DNA from: Nitrospirota bacterium
Lineage (GTDB): Bacteria; Nitrospirota; Nitrospiria; JACQCE01
DNA: 64,000 bases
Assembly: GCA_016201765.1 (NCBI GenBank)
Contig: JACQCE010000012.1
Location: forward strand, 8,136 to 72,135
Direction: 5' to 3'
Part shown: positions 34,519 through 43,227 of the stretch, piece by piece
Layout: every line of letters begins with the position of its first letter
How positions within the stretch are numbered: the stretch's first letter is position 1
Position numbers and translations under genes: made by a program
The notes under the pieces: model-generated
Seen by the model: only the letters and a program-made list of their open reading frames with translations
What the model was told of the DNA's origin: nothing
Database searches by the model: none

Positions 34519-35139
34519 ATGCCTGTTGAACTGTTGCTGTTTGACCTCGGCAATGTGATCGTGCGCGTGTCGCACGCGGCCATGGCCGGAGCGCTGGCGG
34601 CCCATGCCCGCGATCCCCGTTTTCAGGATGCCCGTCGGGTGCTGACCCTCGCGTTTGATGATCGTGAGGGGCTGACGGTCGGTTTTGACGAAGGGCGGTT
34701 GAGCGCCGAGGCGTTCCACCGCGCGGTCGCCGACCGGCTCGGACTGTCCATCCCGTTCGAGGAATTTGCCCGGTGCTGGAACGAGGGCTTTGAAGAAAAC
34801 CGGGAGGTGACGGCGCTGGTCCGCCGGCTGCACGGCCGCTACCGGCTCATGCTGCTCTCCAACACCAACGAGTTGCATTACCGTCATCTGGCATCCCGCC
34901 TGCCCGTGCTGTCACTGATGGAGCGGACGTTTCTGTCCTTCGAGCTGGGCCTGCGGAAGCCCGACCGGGCGATCTATGAGCGGGTGCTGGCGGAGAGCGG
35001 GGTCAAGCCGGAACGCATCATCTACGTCGATGACATTCCGGCCTATACACGGGCGGCGGCCGATCTGAAGATCCAGGCTGTGACCTTCGAATCGGCCGCC
35101 CAGCTTGAGCGGGCGCTCCGGGAACGGGGCGTGATCTAA
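34519..35139 (+). CDS. HAD-superfamily hydrolase
   Basis: LLLFDLGNV (DxG variant of motif I), LLSNTN and YVDD motifs. ATG 34519 chosen. Confidence 0.7.
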   Translation: MPVELLLFDLGNVIVRVSHAAMAGALAAHARDPRFQDARRVLTLAFDDREGLTVGFDEGRLSAEAFHRAVADRLGLSIPFEEFARCWNEGFEENREVTALVRRLHGRYRLMLLSNTNELHYRHLASRLPVLSLMERTFLSFELGLRKPDRAIYERVLAESGVKPERIIYVDDIPAYTRAAADLKIQAVTFESAAQLERALRERGVI

Positions 35140-35210
35140 AAAGGGGACAGGCTACTTTTTCCACATTACCCGATACGGCAATGGATGAAAAAGTAGCCTG
35201 TCCCCTTTTT
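35138..35210. terminator. Family-2 long hairpin acting as a bidirectional terminator between convergent genes
   Basis: AAAAAGGGGACAGGCTACTTTTTC ... GAAAAAGTAGCCTGTCCCCTTTTT. It spans exactly from the HAD stop to the peroxiredoxin stop. Confidence 0.75.
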
Positions 35211-35757
35211 ATGATGTCTGCAGTGATTTGAGCGTCTGGTGGATCTGCAGTGCGTGATCGGTCGGCTGGACGTCGGGGAACAGCTTGCGGATGACGCCCC
35301 GGGGATCGATCAACACGGTGCTGCGGGAGGCGACCGTCACCCCCATGTAGCTGGTCAGTGTGCCGTAGAGCCGGCAGACCTCGTGTCTGTTGTCGGCCAG
35401 AATGGGAAACGTCAGTTTGAACTTGTCGGCGAAGGCCTTGTGGGACTCGACCGAATCGACACTCACCCCCAGCACCGCGGCGCGCAGTTGCTGCAGCGCG
35501 ACGAGATTGTCGCGGAACGAGCAGGCCTCCTTGGTGCAGCCCGGCGTGTCGTCCTTGGGATAAAAGTACAACACCACCCATTGTCCGCGTAACGACGACA
35601 GCGTCACCGCCTTCCCGGTCTGATCCTGCAAGGTGAAATCGGGCGCGGGTTCCCCCTCCTTGACGGTAAATTGCGCCGGGCCGGCAAAGGCGCGATAAGC
35701 GCCGATGGCCAGGACGATCACAACCAGCAATCCGAGCAACAAGGCGGCGGTTTTCAT
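35209..35757 (-). CDS. Secreted peroxiredoxin (Bcp/AhpC-TSA family)
   Basis: Signal peptide and YFYPKDDTPGCTKEAC active site. Confidence 0.85.
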   Translation of the reverse strand: MKTAALLLGLLVVIVLAIGAYRAFAGPAQFTVKEGEPAPDFTLQDQTGKAVTLSSLRGQWVVLYFYPKDDTPGCTKEACSFRDNLVALQQLRAAVLGVSVDSVESHKAFADKFKLTFPILADNRHEVCRLYGTLTSYMGVTVASRSTVLIDPRGVIRKLFPDVQPTDHALQIHQTLKSLQTS

Positions 35758-35773
35758 GAGGATCTCCTCGCGT

Positions 35774-36253
35774 TTACATCCTGGCCAGAATGACGGCGAT
35801 GAAGACGATCGTCAGTGCCAGCGCCAGAATGCCGGCGCCCAGCCAGCGTTTGTTGTCTTCAGCCCCGGTTCCACGGTCAATGGGTTTGGCCGATCCCCGG
35901 CCCGGTATTCCCCCTGGCGTTGCAAGAATAAAATCATGAATCCCGGTCAGGGCGATCAACACCAGCACGAGGAACAATTTTAACATCAGGACCCCGCCGT
36001 AGGTCGACGCGATCCGGGCCGAACCGCCCTCGTAGAGCAGGTTGAAAAACCCCGTCAGCAGCAGCGCCACGATGCTCAGCCACCGGACGGTCCGGAAACG
36101 CTGCTCGATTTTTGTCGTGAACGCCGCCTGATCCGGGCGCGGGGGCAACAGCGCCGCCGCCGGCCGGTAGACGGCAAAGTAGAACATCGTGCCGCCGATA
36201 AATGCGATCGCCCCCACGAGGTGAATGGTCATCACGAAGTCGGAGTAGGTCAT
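35774..36253 (-). CDS. Integral membrane protein, unknown function (CopD-like topology)
   Basis: Four predicted TM helices; no diagnostic motif. Confidence 0.5.
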   Translation of the reverse strand: MTYSDFVMTIHLVGAIAFIGGTMFYFAVYRPAAALLPPRPDQAAFTTKIEQRFRTVRWLSIVALLLTGFFNLLYEGGSARIASTYGGVLMLKLFLVLVLIALTGIHDFILATPGGIPGRGSAKPIDRGTGAEDNKRWLGAGILALALTIVFIAVILARM

Positions 36254-36403
36254 ATTAAGGTCGATCGACTGTGTTTTGACAGAAGCGCGCTTGTTTTGTC
36301 AATGGGAAGCGGGGAATCCGGTTCACACACCGGCCTGCCCGTCTGCTTGTGCGCGCCGGCGCGCGTTCCGTACAATAGCGCAGAGGAGCGGCGGCACCGT
36401 CTT

Positions 36404-36976
36404 ATGACCCAGCATCTGACCGAGTGGGTGGCCCGTTACGGCCTGGCGGCGGTGTTTGTCGGGACGTTTTTCGAGGGGGAAAGCATCCTGGTGGCCGCAG
36501 GAGTCCTCGCGGGCGAAGGGGCGCTCCATCCTCTCAGCATCTGGGCGACGGCCGCCTCAGGCGCATGGCTCGGCCATCTTGCGTGGTTTTTGGCAGGCCG
36601 GTGGCTGGGGCGGGAGCGGTTGCAGTCCCGATGGCCCTGGCTTGGCGAGCGGTTGGCTGAAGCTGATCGGATCATACAACGCCACCCCGGCCGGGCGATC
36701 TTCATCTTGCAATATCTCTATGGGGTTCGTATGATCGGCGCCACGGCGTTCGGCCTGACGCGGTTGTCTCTCGGTCGATTTTTGAGCTATCAGGCGCCCA
36801 ACTGCCTGGTCTGGGCCGCCCTGGTCGGCTCAATCGGCTACTTCCTGGGCGAGGCCGGCGCCCGGTTTTTTCACGGCTGGGGCGCATGGCTGTGGCTGGT
36901 TGCGAGCGTCGCGCTGGTCGTCTGGCTGGTCCGGCGCCTGAAACCGGAGCACCGAACGACGCGGATGATCGCGTAG
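36404..36976 (+). CDS. DedA family membrane protein
   Basis: YGLAAVFVGTFFEGESILVAAG is a typical DedA N-terminus. ATG 36404 chosen. Confidence 0.8.
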   Translation: MTQHLTEWVARYGLAAVFVGTFFEGESILVAAGVLAGEGALHPLSIWATAASGAWLGHLAWFLAGRWLGRERLQSRWPWLGERLAEADRIIQRHPGRAIFILQYLYGVRMIGATAFGLTRLSLGRFLSYQAPNCLVWAALVGSIGYFLGEAGARFFHGWGAWLWLVASVALVVWLVRRLKPEHRTTRMIA

Positions 36977-37010
36977 GGGACATTATTCACGACACGATGG
37001 AGAGGCTGTC

Positions 37011-37385
37011 ATGGAACTGCAACAAGAGTTGCCCGATCCGGCCGCCGCGCTGGCCTATTTTCAACAAAAGCTCGCCTTTACGATGGGGCCGGTGGAATTG
37101 CGCCGCCGGATTACGGACGGCGTCGACCTGCATGTGATCGACGTGCGCGAGCGGGAGGATTATGACCGCGGCCACATCCCCGGCGCCGTGAATCTTCCCA
37201 GGGATCGTTGGACAACCAATTCCGGCCTGGCCAAGGGCAAGGTCAATGTCTTTTATGGTTACTCCGCCACCTGCCCGCTGGCGGCCGAAGCGGCGGCCTA
37301 TTTCGCCAAGCGGAAATTTCCGGTGATGGAACTGCTGGGCGGGTTTGAGGAATGGGCCGGCCGCAAGTTTGAAATAGAGCAATAG
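37011..37385 (+). CDS. Rhodanese-domain protein
   Basis: VIDVREREDYDRGHIPGAVNLP. The active-site loop reads YGYSATCPLAAEA. Confidence 0.75.
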   Translation: MELQQELPDPAAALAYFQQKLAFTMGPVELRRRITDGVDLHVIDVREREDYDRGHIPGAVNLPRDRWTTNSGLAKGKVNVFYGYSATCPLAAEAAAYFAKRKFPVMELLGGFEEWAGRKFEIEQ

Positions 37386-37489
37386 CCGCGCGCTGAGCCG
37401 ATGCCATGGGTCGTGAACCCGGACAGCGAGCACAGTCCCCGCTTTCACAGACGGCGGACTGTGAAGGCGGGGTTGGCGGGCGAATAAGA

Positions 37490-38086
37490 ATGAAACTCAT
37501 CCCCTCGGGAGGATCGAGCCTGCCTGCCGGCCGGCAGGGAACCCCCGCCTCCGCTTCAGGCGGAAAAGGCGGGGTTCTTCAACATCCGCTGCAGTGGGTG
37601 GTGGAACCCCTCATGGAGCAGCCGTCCTATCTGCAGCGCGCCATGTTCGGGTGTCTGGGTGTCTATCTGCACGGCCGGCTGATGCTGGTGCTCGCGGCGA
37701 GCCGGGAGCCGTGGCAGGGTGTGCTCGTCCCGACCGCCCGCGAACATCATCCCGCCCTGCTGCGGGAAGAGGCCGAACTTGTCCCCCATCCCGTACTGGC
37801 CAAATGGCTCTATCTGCCGGACTCCTCCGAGGTGTTTGACGAGACGGCGCAGCGGCTCGTGGAGCGGGTCCTGGCCGATGATTCGCGGATCGGTGTGGAG
37901 CCGGGACAGCGGACGCGATCCCCGGTTGCTAAGCGGAAGTTACGCGAGCGAGGGGGCAAGACTCAGGGGAGTGGGGGCATCGCCACCCCAAAGCTTGCTT
38001 TGGGGAGAACACATGATCGACGCGGTATCGATTCCGCACGGGCCCCGACATCGAATAGTCGACGCAAACCCAAGCGGCCCAAATGA
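37490..38086 (+). CDS. Hypothetical protein with TfoX-N-like core and basic tail
   Basis: RAMFGCLGVYLHGRLM resembles the TfoX_N MFGG.G.Y motif. Start uncertain (37490 or 37613). Confidence 0.35.
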   Translation: MKLIPSGGSSLPAGRQGTPASASGGKGGVLQHPLQWVVEPLMEQPSYLQRAMFGCLGVYLHGRLMLVLAASREPWQGVLVPTAREHHPALLREEAELVPHPVLAKWLYLPDSSEVFDETAQRLVERVLADDSRIGVEPGQRTRSPVAKRKLRERGGKTQGSGGIATPKLALGRTHDRRGIDSARAPTSNSRRKPKRPK

Positions 38087-38901
38087 AGCCCGGTCGGTTG
38101 CCGGGCGCCGGCGCGCTGGCACTGGGCCTCCTGTTGACGGCCTGTGACATGAACGAGATGATCTTTTTCCCCGAACCGCTCATCAGCGCCACGCCGCAAT
38201 CGGCCGGCCTGGCGTTTGAAGACGTCTATCTCACAACATCCGACAATGTCCGGATCAACGGCTGGTATGTGCCGGCTCCGCCGCAGGCGGACGGCTCGCC
38301 CATCACGCTGCTCTGGTTTCACGGCAACGCGGGCAATCTCAGCGATCGCGTGCGCCAGCTCCGGGCATTGCACGATCACCTCGCCGTGAATATCTTCATG
38401 CTCGATTACCGTCAATACGGCCGGAGTGAGGGAGAGGTGTCGGAAACGGGCACGTATCTCGATGCGGAGGCGGCGCTGGCCTATCTGCGCGACCGCGGTG
38501 ATCAGGGGCGGGTCGTCTACTACGGCCAGTCGCTCGGCTCGGCCGTGGCGGTGGAACTGGCCCGTCGGGCGAGGCCCGATGGGCTGATTCTCGAGGCGCC
38601 CTTTCTGTCCGTTCGGGAGATGGCCAAGGTCGTCGTGCCCTTTTTGCCCGTCGGGGGGCTGATTTCGACACAGTACGATTCGCTTTCAAAGATTGGCGCC
38701 ATCGATGCCCCGCTGCTGATCCTGCACGGCGACCGCGATGAGGTCGTGCCCTATGCCCACGGCAAGCGCCTCTTCGCCGCCGCCAATGAGCCGAAGCGCT
38801 TCTACACGATTTCAGGCGCGCATCACAACGACACCTACATCGCCGGCGGCGCAGGCTATGTGACGGCCTTTCGGGATTTTCTCGCCTCGTTGCCTTCCTG
38901 A
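38083..38901 (+). CDS. Alpha/beta hydrolase lipoprotein
   Basis: LLLTAC lipobox, GQSLGS nucleophile elbow, and a late D/H pair (HGDRDEVV, GAHHND). Confidence 0.8.
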   Translation: MKPGRLPGAGALALGLLLTACDMNEMIFFPEPLISATPQSAGLAFEDVYLTTSDNVRINGWYVPAPPQADGSPITLLWFHGNAGNLSDRVRQLRALHDHLAVNIFMLDYRQYGRSEGEVSETGTYLDAEAALAYLRDRGDQGRVVYYGQSLGSAVAVELARRARPDGLILEAPFLSVREMAKVVVPFLPVGGLISTQYDSLSKIGAIDAPLLILHGDRDEVVPYAHGKRLFAAANEPKRFYTISGAHHNDTYIAGGAGYVTAFRDFLASLPS

Positions 38902-38972
38902 CGGGTTTGGGATAAGCTCTAGCGGGTCCGGCTCAGTCACGGCCACGCGTGGGATGACACAGGGAGGACGCG

Positions 38973-39359
38973 GTGACCACAGTCAAAGAGAGTTTCGGCC
39001 GTGTCTACGGCCCCCGATTGCCGGAACGTTTTTACGAGATTCTTCTGCACGCCGATCCGAGAATCGCCGCGCTCTTCAAGCACACCGACTTCGCCAGACA
39101 GAAGGAGCTCTTTCTCCACGGCCTGGTGTCCTTGATGGATTACGCCGAGGGGAAAGCGTCGGGCAAAATGGCCATCAAGCGGCTCGGTGAACTGCACAGC
39201 CGGAAGCGGATGAACATTGCGCCGGACATGTTCATCGTCTGGGGCGATTCCCTGATCAAAACCCTGGCGGAGCTTGACCCGCAGTTTTCTCCGCAATTGG
39301 AAGCCGAGTGGCGGCGCACCCTGAGTCCGGGCATCGACGTCATCAAGCAGATGTACTGA
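38973..39359 (+). CDS. Single-domain globin-like protein
   Basis: 128 aa, all-helical, with FYEILLHADPRIAALF...ELHSRK... in the style of bacterial globins. AGGGAGGA RBS before GTG 38973. Confidence 0.5.
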   Translation: MTTVKESFGRVYGPRLPERFYEILLHADPRIAALFKHTDFARQKELFLHGLVSLMDYAEGKASGKMAIKRLGELHSRKRMNIAPDMFIVWGDSLIKTLAELDPQFSPQLEAEWRRTLSPGIDVIKQMY

Positions 39360-39483
39360 AGTCCCTGCCGTTCCGATCCGGTTCCACACTCAACCAGATG
39401 ACATCGGCGGGCCGTTTGCGTACAATGCGTAAGCGGCCGTGTGGGTTGACTGCATGGTTCGGTACGGTCTGAGGAGTGGTCAG

Positions 39484-40848
39484 ATGGCAGATGCCTTGTC
39501 CCCCAACGATCCCGCCACCATCCAACGGCTGCACGTCCGCCCGAAGAAATATCTCGAGGAGTGGCTCGATTTCCCGGCCCATGTCCATCACGTGGCCTAC
39601 CGGATGGCGGATCCGCCGAGGGATCGTCCCCAAAGCCGTCACGAATTTTTGCGGGTTTTGAGCCGGCTGGCGATTCCGGAGGCGAACTGCGCGGTGGCCG
39701 AAAAATTCGGTTACGGCGCGCGGGTCGAGGAGAACGGCGACCGCCTGATCATCGCCTGGGAGGCGCACACCGAATATTACAGTTATCAGGTCTGGCACAT
39801 TCCCGATGACAAAGCGCTGCCCCTCGAATTCGGGCCGGTCAAACTCCCGGGCTTTGCCTTCCCGCTCACCCCCTCCGGCACGCCGATCAGCGCGCTGGAT
39901 CTGATCTTCTCGCAGGAACGCGCCGTCGCCCCGGAGCTGATCCGGGCCTTGCTGCCCGGCCGCAGCGTCTACGGCAGCCGGCTCTTCGGCGGCGAGATCA
40001 CCGTGGTCACGAGCTTCACGCCCGATGACCAGGCGCGTGAGCGCTACCTCATCTTTGCGTCGGACCCGAAGGCGCTGCTGGCCCACCTGGGCCAGGTGAC
40101 CGATGCCGTGGTGACGATCGAAAATTATTATCACCTCCTGCTGCTGCCGTTCGCCGAATTTTCGAGGGCACTCGACCGGATCCACGAGCTGGAACAGCAT
40201 CATCTCCGCCAGCGGGAAACGATCACCGCGCAGTTGAGCTCGGCGGACGCCGGCCTGCTCCGGGGATGGGTCAGCCGGATGACGCAGGACTTTCTGGAGG
40301 TGAGCCGATTCGCCGAGGCGATGCGCGTCCGCCTGTCGGCCTCGGCGCCCTATAACGCCATCGTCCATGCCACCGTCCGCTCGTTGCAGGAAAAGCCCGC
40401 CGCCCCCTTCCTGCCGTTGTCGGACTACGTCCTGGGAGGCATCTCCGGCGTGGCGGACGGGTACCAGCAGCTCATCAAACGGATCGAAGCCGCTGAGGCC
40501 GATTTTCAAAGCCTGATCTCGGTGATCCGGACACAGGTCAACCTGATGCAGCAGGAGCAAAACATTCAATTGCTCTCGAGTGTCGATAAGACGACCAAGA
40601 GCCAGGCGATTCTGCAGAGAACGGTCGAAGGTCTTTCGGTCATTGTGATCGCCTATTATCTGACCGGTCTGGCCGGCTATCTTTTCAAGGCCGCGGAAGA
40701 GCTGGGCTGGTTTTCACATGCGGCCGTCGCGACCGGCCTCTTTGTGCCGGTCTCGGTGGGGTTATCGTTTCTCTTGATCTACTTCGGCCGAAAAGCGTTG
40801 TACAAACTCATGGCGGCTGATCACGACCATGGACCTGGCGGCGGGTGA
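39484..40848 (+). CDS. Conserved hypothetical protein with C-terminal TM pair (possibly DUF3422-like)
   Basis: GAGGAG RBS before ATG 39484; two C-terminal TM helices. The family name is a recollection, not a search result. Confidence 0.4.
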   Translation: MADALSPNDPATIQRLHVRPKKYLEEWLDFPAHVHHVAYRMADPPRDRPQSRHEFLRVLSRLAIPEANCAVAEKFGYGARVEENGDRLIIAWEAHTEYYSYQVWHIPDDKALPLEFGPVKLPGFAFPLTPSGTPISALDLIFSQERAVAPELIRALLPGRSVYGSRLFGGEITVVTSFTPDDQARERYLIFASDPKALLAHLGQVTDAVVTIENYYHLLLLPFAEFSRALDRIHELEQHHLRQRETITAQLSSADAGLLRGWVSRMTQDFLEVSRFAEAMRVRLSASAPYNAIVHATVRSLQEKPAAPFLPLSDYVLGGISGVADGYQQLIKRIEAAEADFQSLISVIRTQVNLMQQEQNIQLLSSVDKTTKSQAILQRTVEGLSVIVIAYYLTGLAGYLFKAAEELGWFSHAAVATGLFVPVSVGLSFLLIYFGRKALYKLMAADHDHGPGGG

Positions 40849-40867
40849 CGCCGGGGAGGAGGATGTG

Positions 40868-41383
40868 ATGCGCCGGATGCCTCTTGCTGTGGGTGTGCTT
40901 GCGGCGGCGATCATCGTGCGGGCCGCTTCGGCGGCGGAGGAGCTGCCGAAGGAACCGGTGCTGCCGGCGACCGTGGCGGCCAAGGCGGCGGCCGGCGCCT
41001 TTGACAAGTGCAAGGAGGACGGCTACCGGGTGAGTGTGGCGGTGGTGGATCGCAGCGGTGTGCTCCTGGCCTTCATGCGGGCGAGCGGCGCGGGGCCGCA
41101 TACCGTTTCCAGCAGCACAAAAAAAGCCTATACCGCCGCCAGCCTGCGGCGGCCGACCGGCGAGCTGGCGGAGATGATCGCCAAGCAGCCGGCGGCGCAG
41201 GGGTTGCGGGATATGGATCCCAACATTCTCATGCTGGGGGGCGGGCTGCCGATCGAAACCGGCGGGGACGTCATCGGCGGCATCGGCGTCGGCGGCGCGC
41301 CGGGCGCCCAATTTGATGAAGCCTGCGCCCGGGCGGGCCTGGAAAGCATCGCCGCCAATCTGAAGACGCCATCAGGAAAATAG
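40868..41383 (+). CDS. GlcG/HbpS-like (DUF336) haem-binding-family protein, secreted
   Basis: Signal peptide, GGGLPIETGGDVIGGIGVGGAPG motif, GGAGGAGGA RBS. Confidence 0.75.
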   Translation: MRRMPLAVGVLAAAIIVRAASAAEELPKEPVLPATVAAKAAAGAFDKCKEDGYRVSVAVVDRSGVLLAFMRASGAGPHTVSSSTKKAYTAASLRRPTGELAEMIAKQPAAQGLRDMDPNILMLGGGLPIETGGDVIGGIGVGGAPGAQFDEACARAGLESIAANLKTPSGK

Positions 41384-41472
41384 CCTCGACAGGACGTCTG
41401 TCACCGTCATCATGGTGGCGCGGTGATGTCGGTTGACTCCCCGCAGGCGGGGTGCTACGATCCCGGCTCGTC

Positions 41473-42162
41473 ATGAGCCGTCGACCCTCCTCCGCGCGCG
41501 CCGGTCGTTCCTCCTCCGCAACATCCGCGCGTGAACTGCTCTGCGAGTTGTTGCGGTTGTTCTATACCAAGAACTGGGTCTCCGGCACCGGCGGCGGCAT
41601 TTGCGGCATGGGCGAGCCGGGGAAGGTGCTGGTCGCGCCGACCGGCGTTCATAAGGAACGGGTTCTGCCGGCCGATTTGTTCGTGGTCGATGCCAAATCA
41701 GGCGAGATCGTCAGCCGGCCGCGCAATCCCGCCCTGCGCCTCTCCGAATGCAGCCCGATTTTTTGTGAGATTATCCGCAGCAAGGGTGCCGGCTCGGTGA
41801 TGCACAGCCATGCGTTGTCGGCCGTCCTGGCCGGCGATCTGGCGGAGGGGGGCGACCGGGTGGTCTTTCAGCAGCTCGAAATGCTCAAGGGCATCAAGGG
41901 GGCGACCAATCAGGACAAGCATACGGTCGCGATCATCGACAACACCGGCTACGAGCCGGATCTCCTGCATCAAATGCGCAAGGTCCTGGCCGATTCCGTC
42001 TTTGCCAAATCGTACTGCATCCTTGTGCGCGACCACGGCGCCTATATTTGGGGCGCCGATGTCTGGGAAACCAAGCGCCATGCCGAAATTTATCACTTCC
42101 TCTGTGAAGGCGCCGTGGCCAGGGCCGGGGGACCATCAGCCCGCCATCGCCATTCCACTTGA
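41473..42162 (+). CDS. Class II aldolase/adducin family protein (MtnB-like methylthioribulose-1-P dehydratase)
   Basis: NWVSGTGGGI and HSHALSAV motifs. Confidence 0.7.
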   Translation: MSRRPSSARAGRSSSATSARELLCELLRLFYTKNWVSGTGGGICGMGEPGKVLVAPTGVHKERVLPADLFVVDAKSGEIVSRPRNPALRLSECSPIFCEIIRSKGAGSVMHSHALSAVLAGDLAEGGDRVVFQQLEMLKGIKGATNQDKHTVAIIDNTGYEPDLLHQMRKVLADSVFAKSYCILVRDHGAYIWGADVWETKRHAEIYHFLCEGAVARAGGPSARHRHST

Positions 42163-42193
42163 TCTGCGGGGGTGGGGGAGGGCGGCTTGAGTG

Positions 42194-42706
42194 TTACAAG
42201 CCGGAGCGCCAGAGGACCCGGCGCGCGCCCATGTAGCGGGCCTTCCAATAATCGGTGGCCAGGCTCTGGATATTCACCTGCCCGTCGGAGCTGGGGGCGT
42301 GGATGAACTGGCCGTCACCCAGATAGATGCCGGCGTGCAGCGAGAGCGACCGGTCAATCTTGAAATACACGATATCGGCCGGCTTCAGGTCGGAGACATC
42401 GATCGGACGGCCGATCTGGCTCAATCCCTGGGTTTCCCGGGGCAGCACCACGCCGGCAGCCGTCTGGTAGACATAAAAGATAAAGCCGCTGCAATCAAAG
42501 CCCTTGGGGGTGGCGCCCCCGTATTGATAGGGCGAGCCCAGCAGCGATTGGGCGACCGTGACGACCTGCGCCTGGGCGGGAGTGGCGGCAAGCTGGGTGT
42601 GGGTGACGGGAACGACGACAACAGGTTTCGGCGGAGGCGCGCCGGCACATCCGGTCAACGCGACCACAAGCAACACCCCCACGCCCTTTTTGAGCCCCGG
42701 AATCAT
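42194..42706 (-). CDS. NlpC/P60 cell-wall peptidase lipoprotein
   Basis: Lipobox LTGC, catalytic FDCSGFIFYVY, later H in GDGQFIHAPS. Confidence 0.88.
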   Translation of the reverse strand: MIPGLKKGVGVLLVVALTGCAGAPPPKPVVVVPVTHTQLAATPAQAQVVTVAQSLLGSPYQYGGATPKGFDCSGFIFYVYQTAAGVVLPRETQGLSQIGRPIDVSDLKPADIVYFKIDRSLSLHAGIYLGDGQFIHAPSSDGQVNIQSLATDYWKARYMGARRVLWRSGL

Positions 42707-43069
42707 TAGGGTAGAAGGTACCTGATGGCTGAAATATGTCAACCCAAATGGGGGGGTATATTTTCAGGCCTTGTGATATCAAGCGGTTAGGCGGGTGAAA
42801 ATAACGGGGGAGCCGCCATCGTCCAAATCGGCGAGCGCCGGTTCCCCGTGTGAAACACCGGATGCTCCCTCGTGCGGCGGCGTGAAGCGCCGGGAATGTC
42901 AGTTCGACGACCCACATGCCCATCAGGGCAGGCTGGGGGGCATCTCCATGCTGATTTCGAGACGATTTGGAGTGCGCCAAATCCTGTTTGTGGCGCAGGG
43001 CGGTCGACTTGATCCTCGTGCCACTTGTTCTTACAATGGAGCCCATGAATGGTTGGTTATCGCCCTTCC

Positions 43070-43208
43070 GGTAGTGGGTCAGTTTGATGGATTCCACCGT
43101 GGCAAAAATGGGGACACGTCCCAATTTCGTTGCGTGCCGTGTGTCGCACGAGGAAATTGGGACGTGTCCCCATTTTTGAGCCGGTTGCGGTGAAACTGAC
43201 CCACTACC
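43070..43208 (+). mobile_element. MITE-like element, copy 5 (139 bp) with perfect TIRs and perfect 8-bp TSD
   Basis: GGTAGTGGGTCAGTTT at 43070 and its exact reverse complement ending at 43208. Flanks GCCCTTCC at 43062-43069 and 43209-43216. Confidence 0.92.
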
Positions 43209-43227
43209 GCCCTTCCACGGAGCGTGA

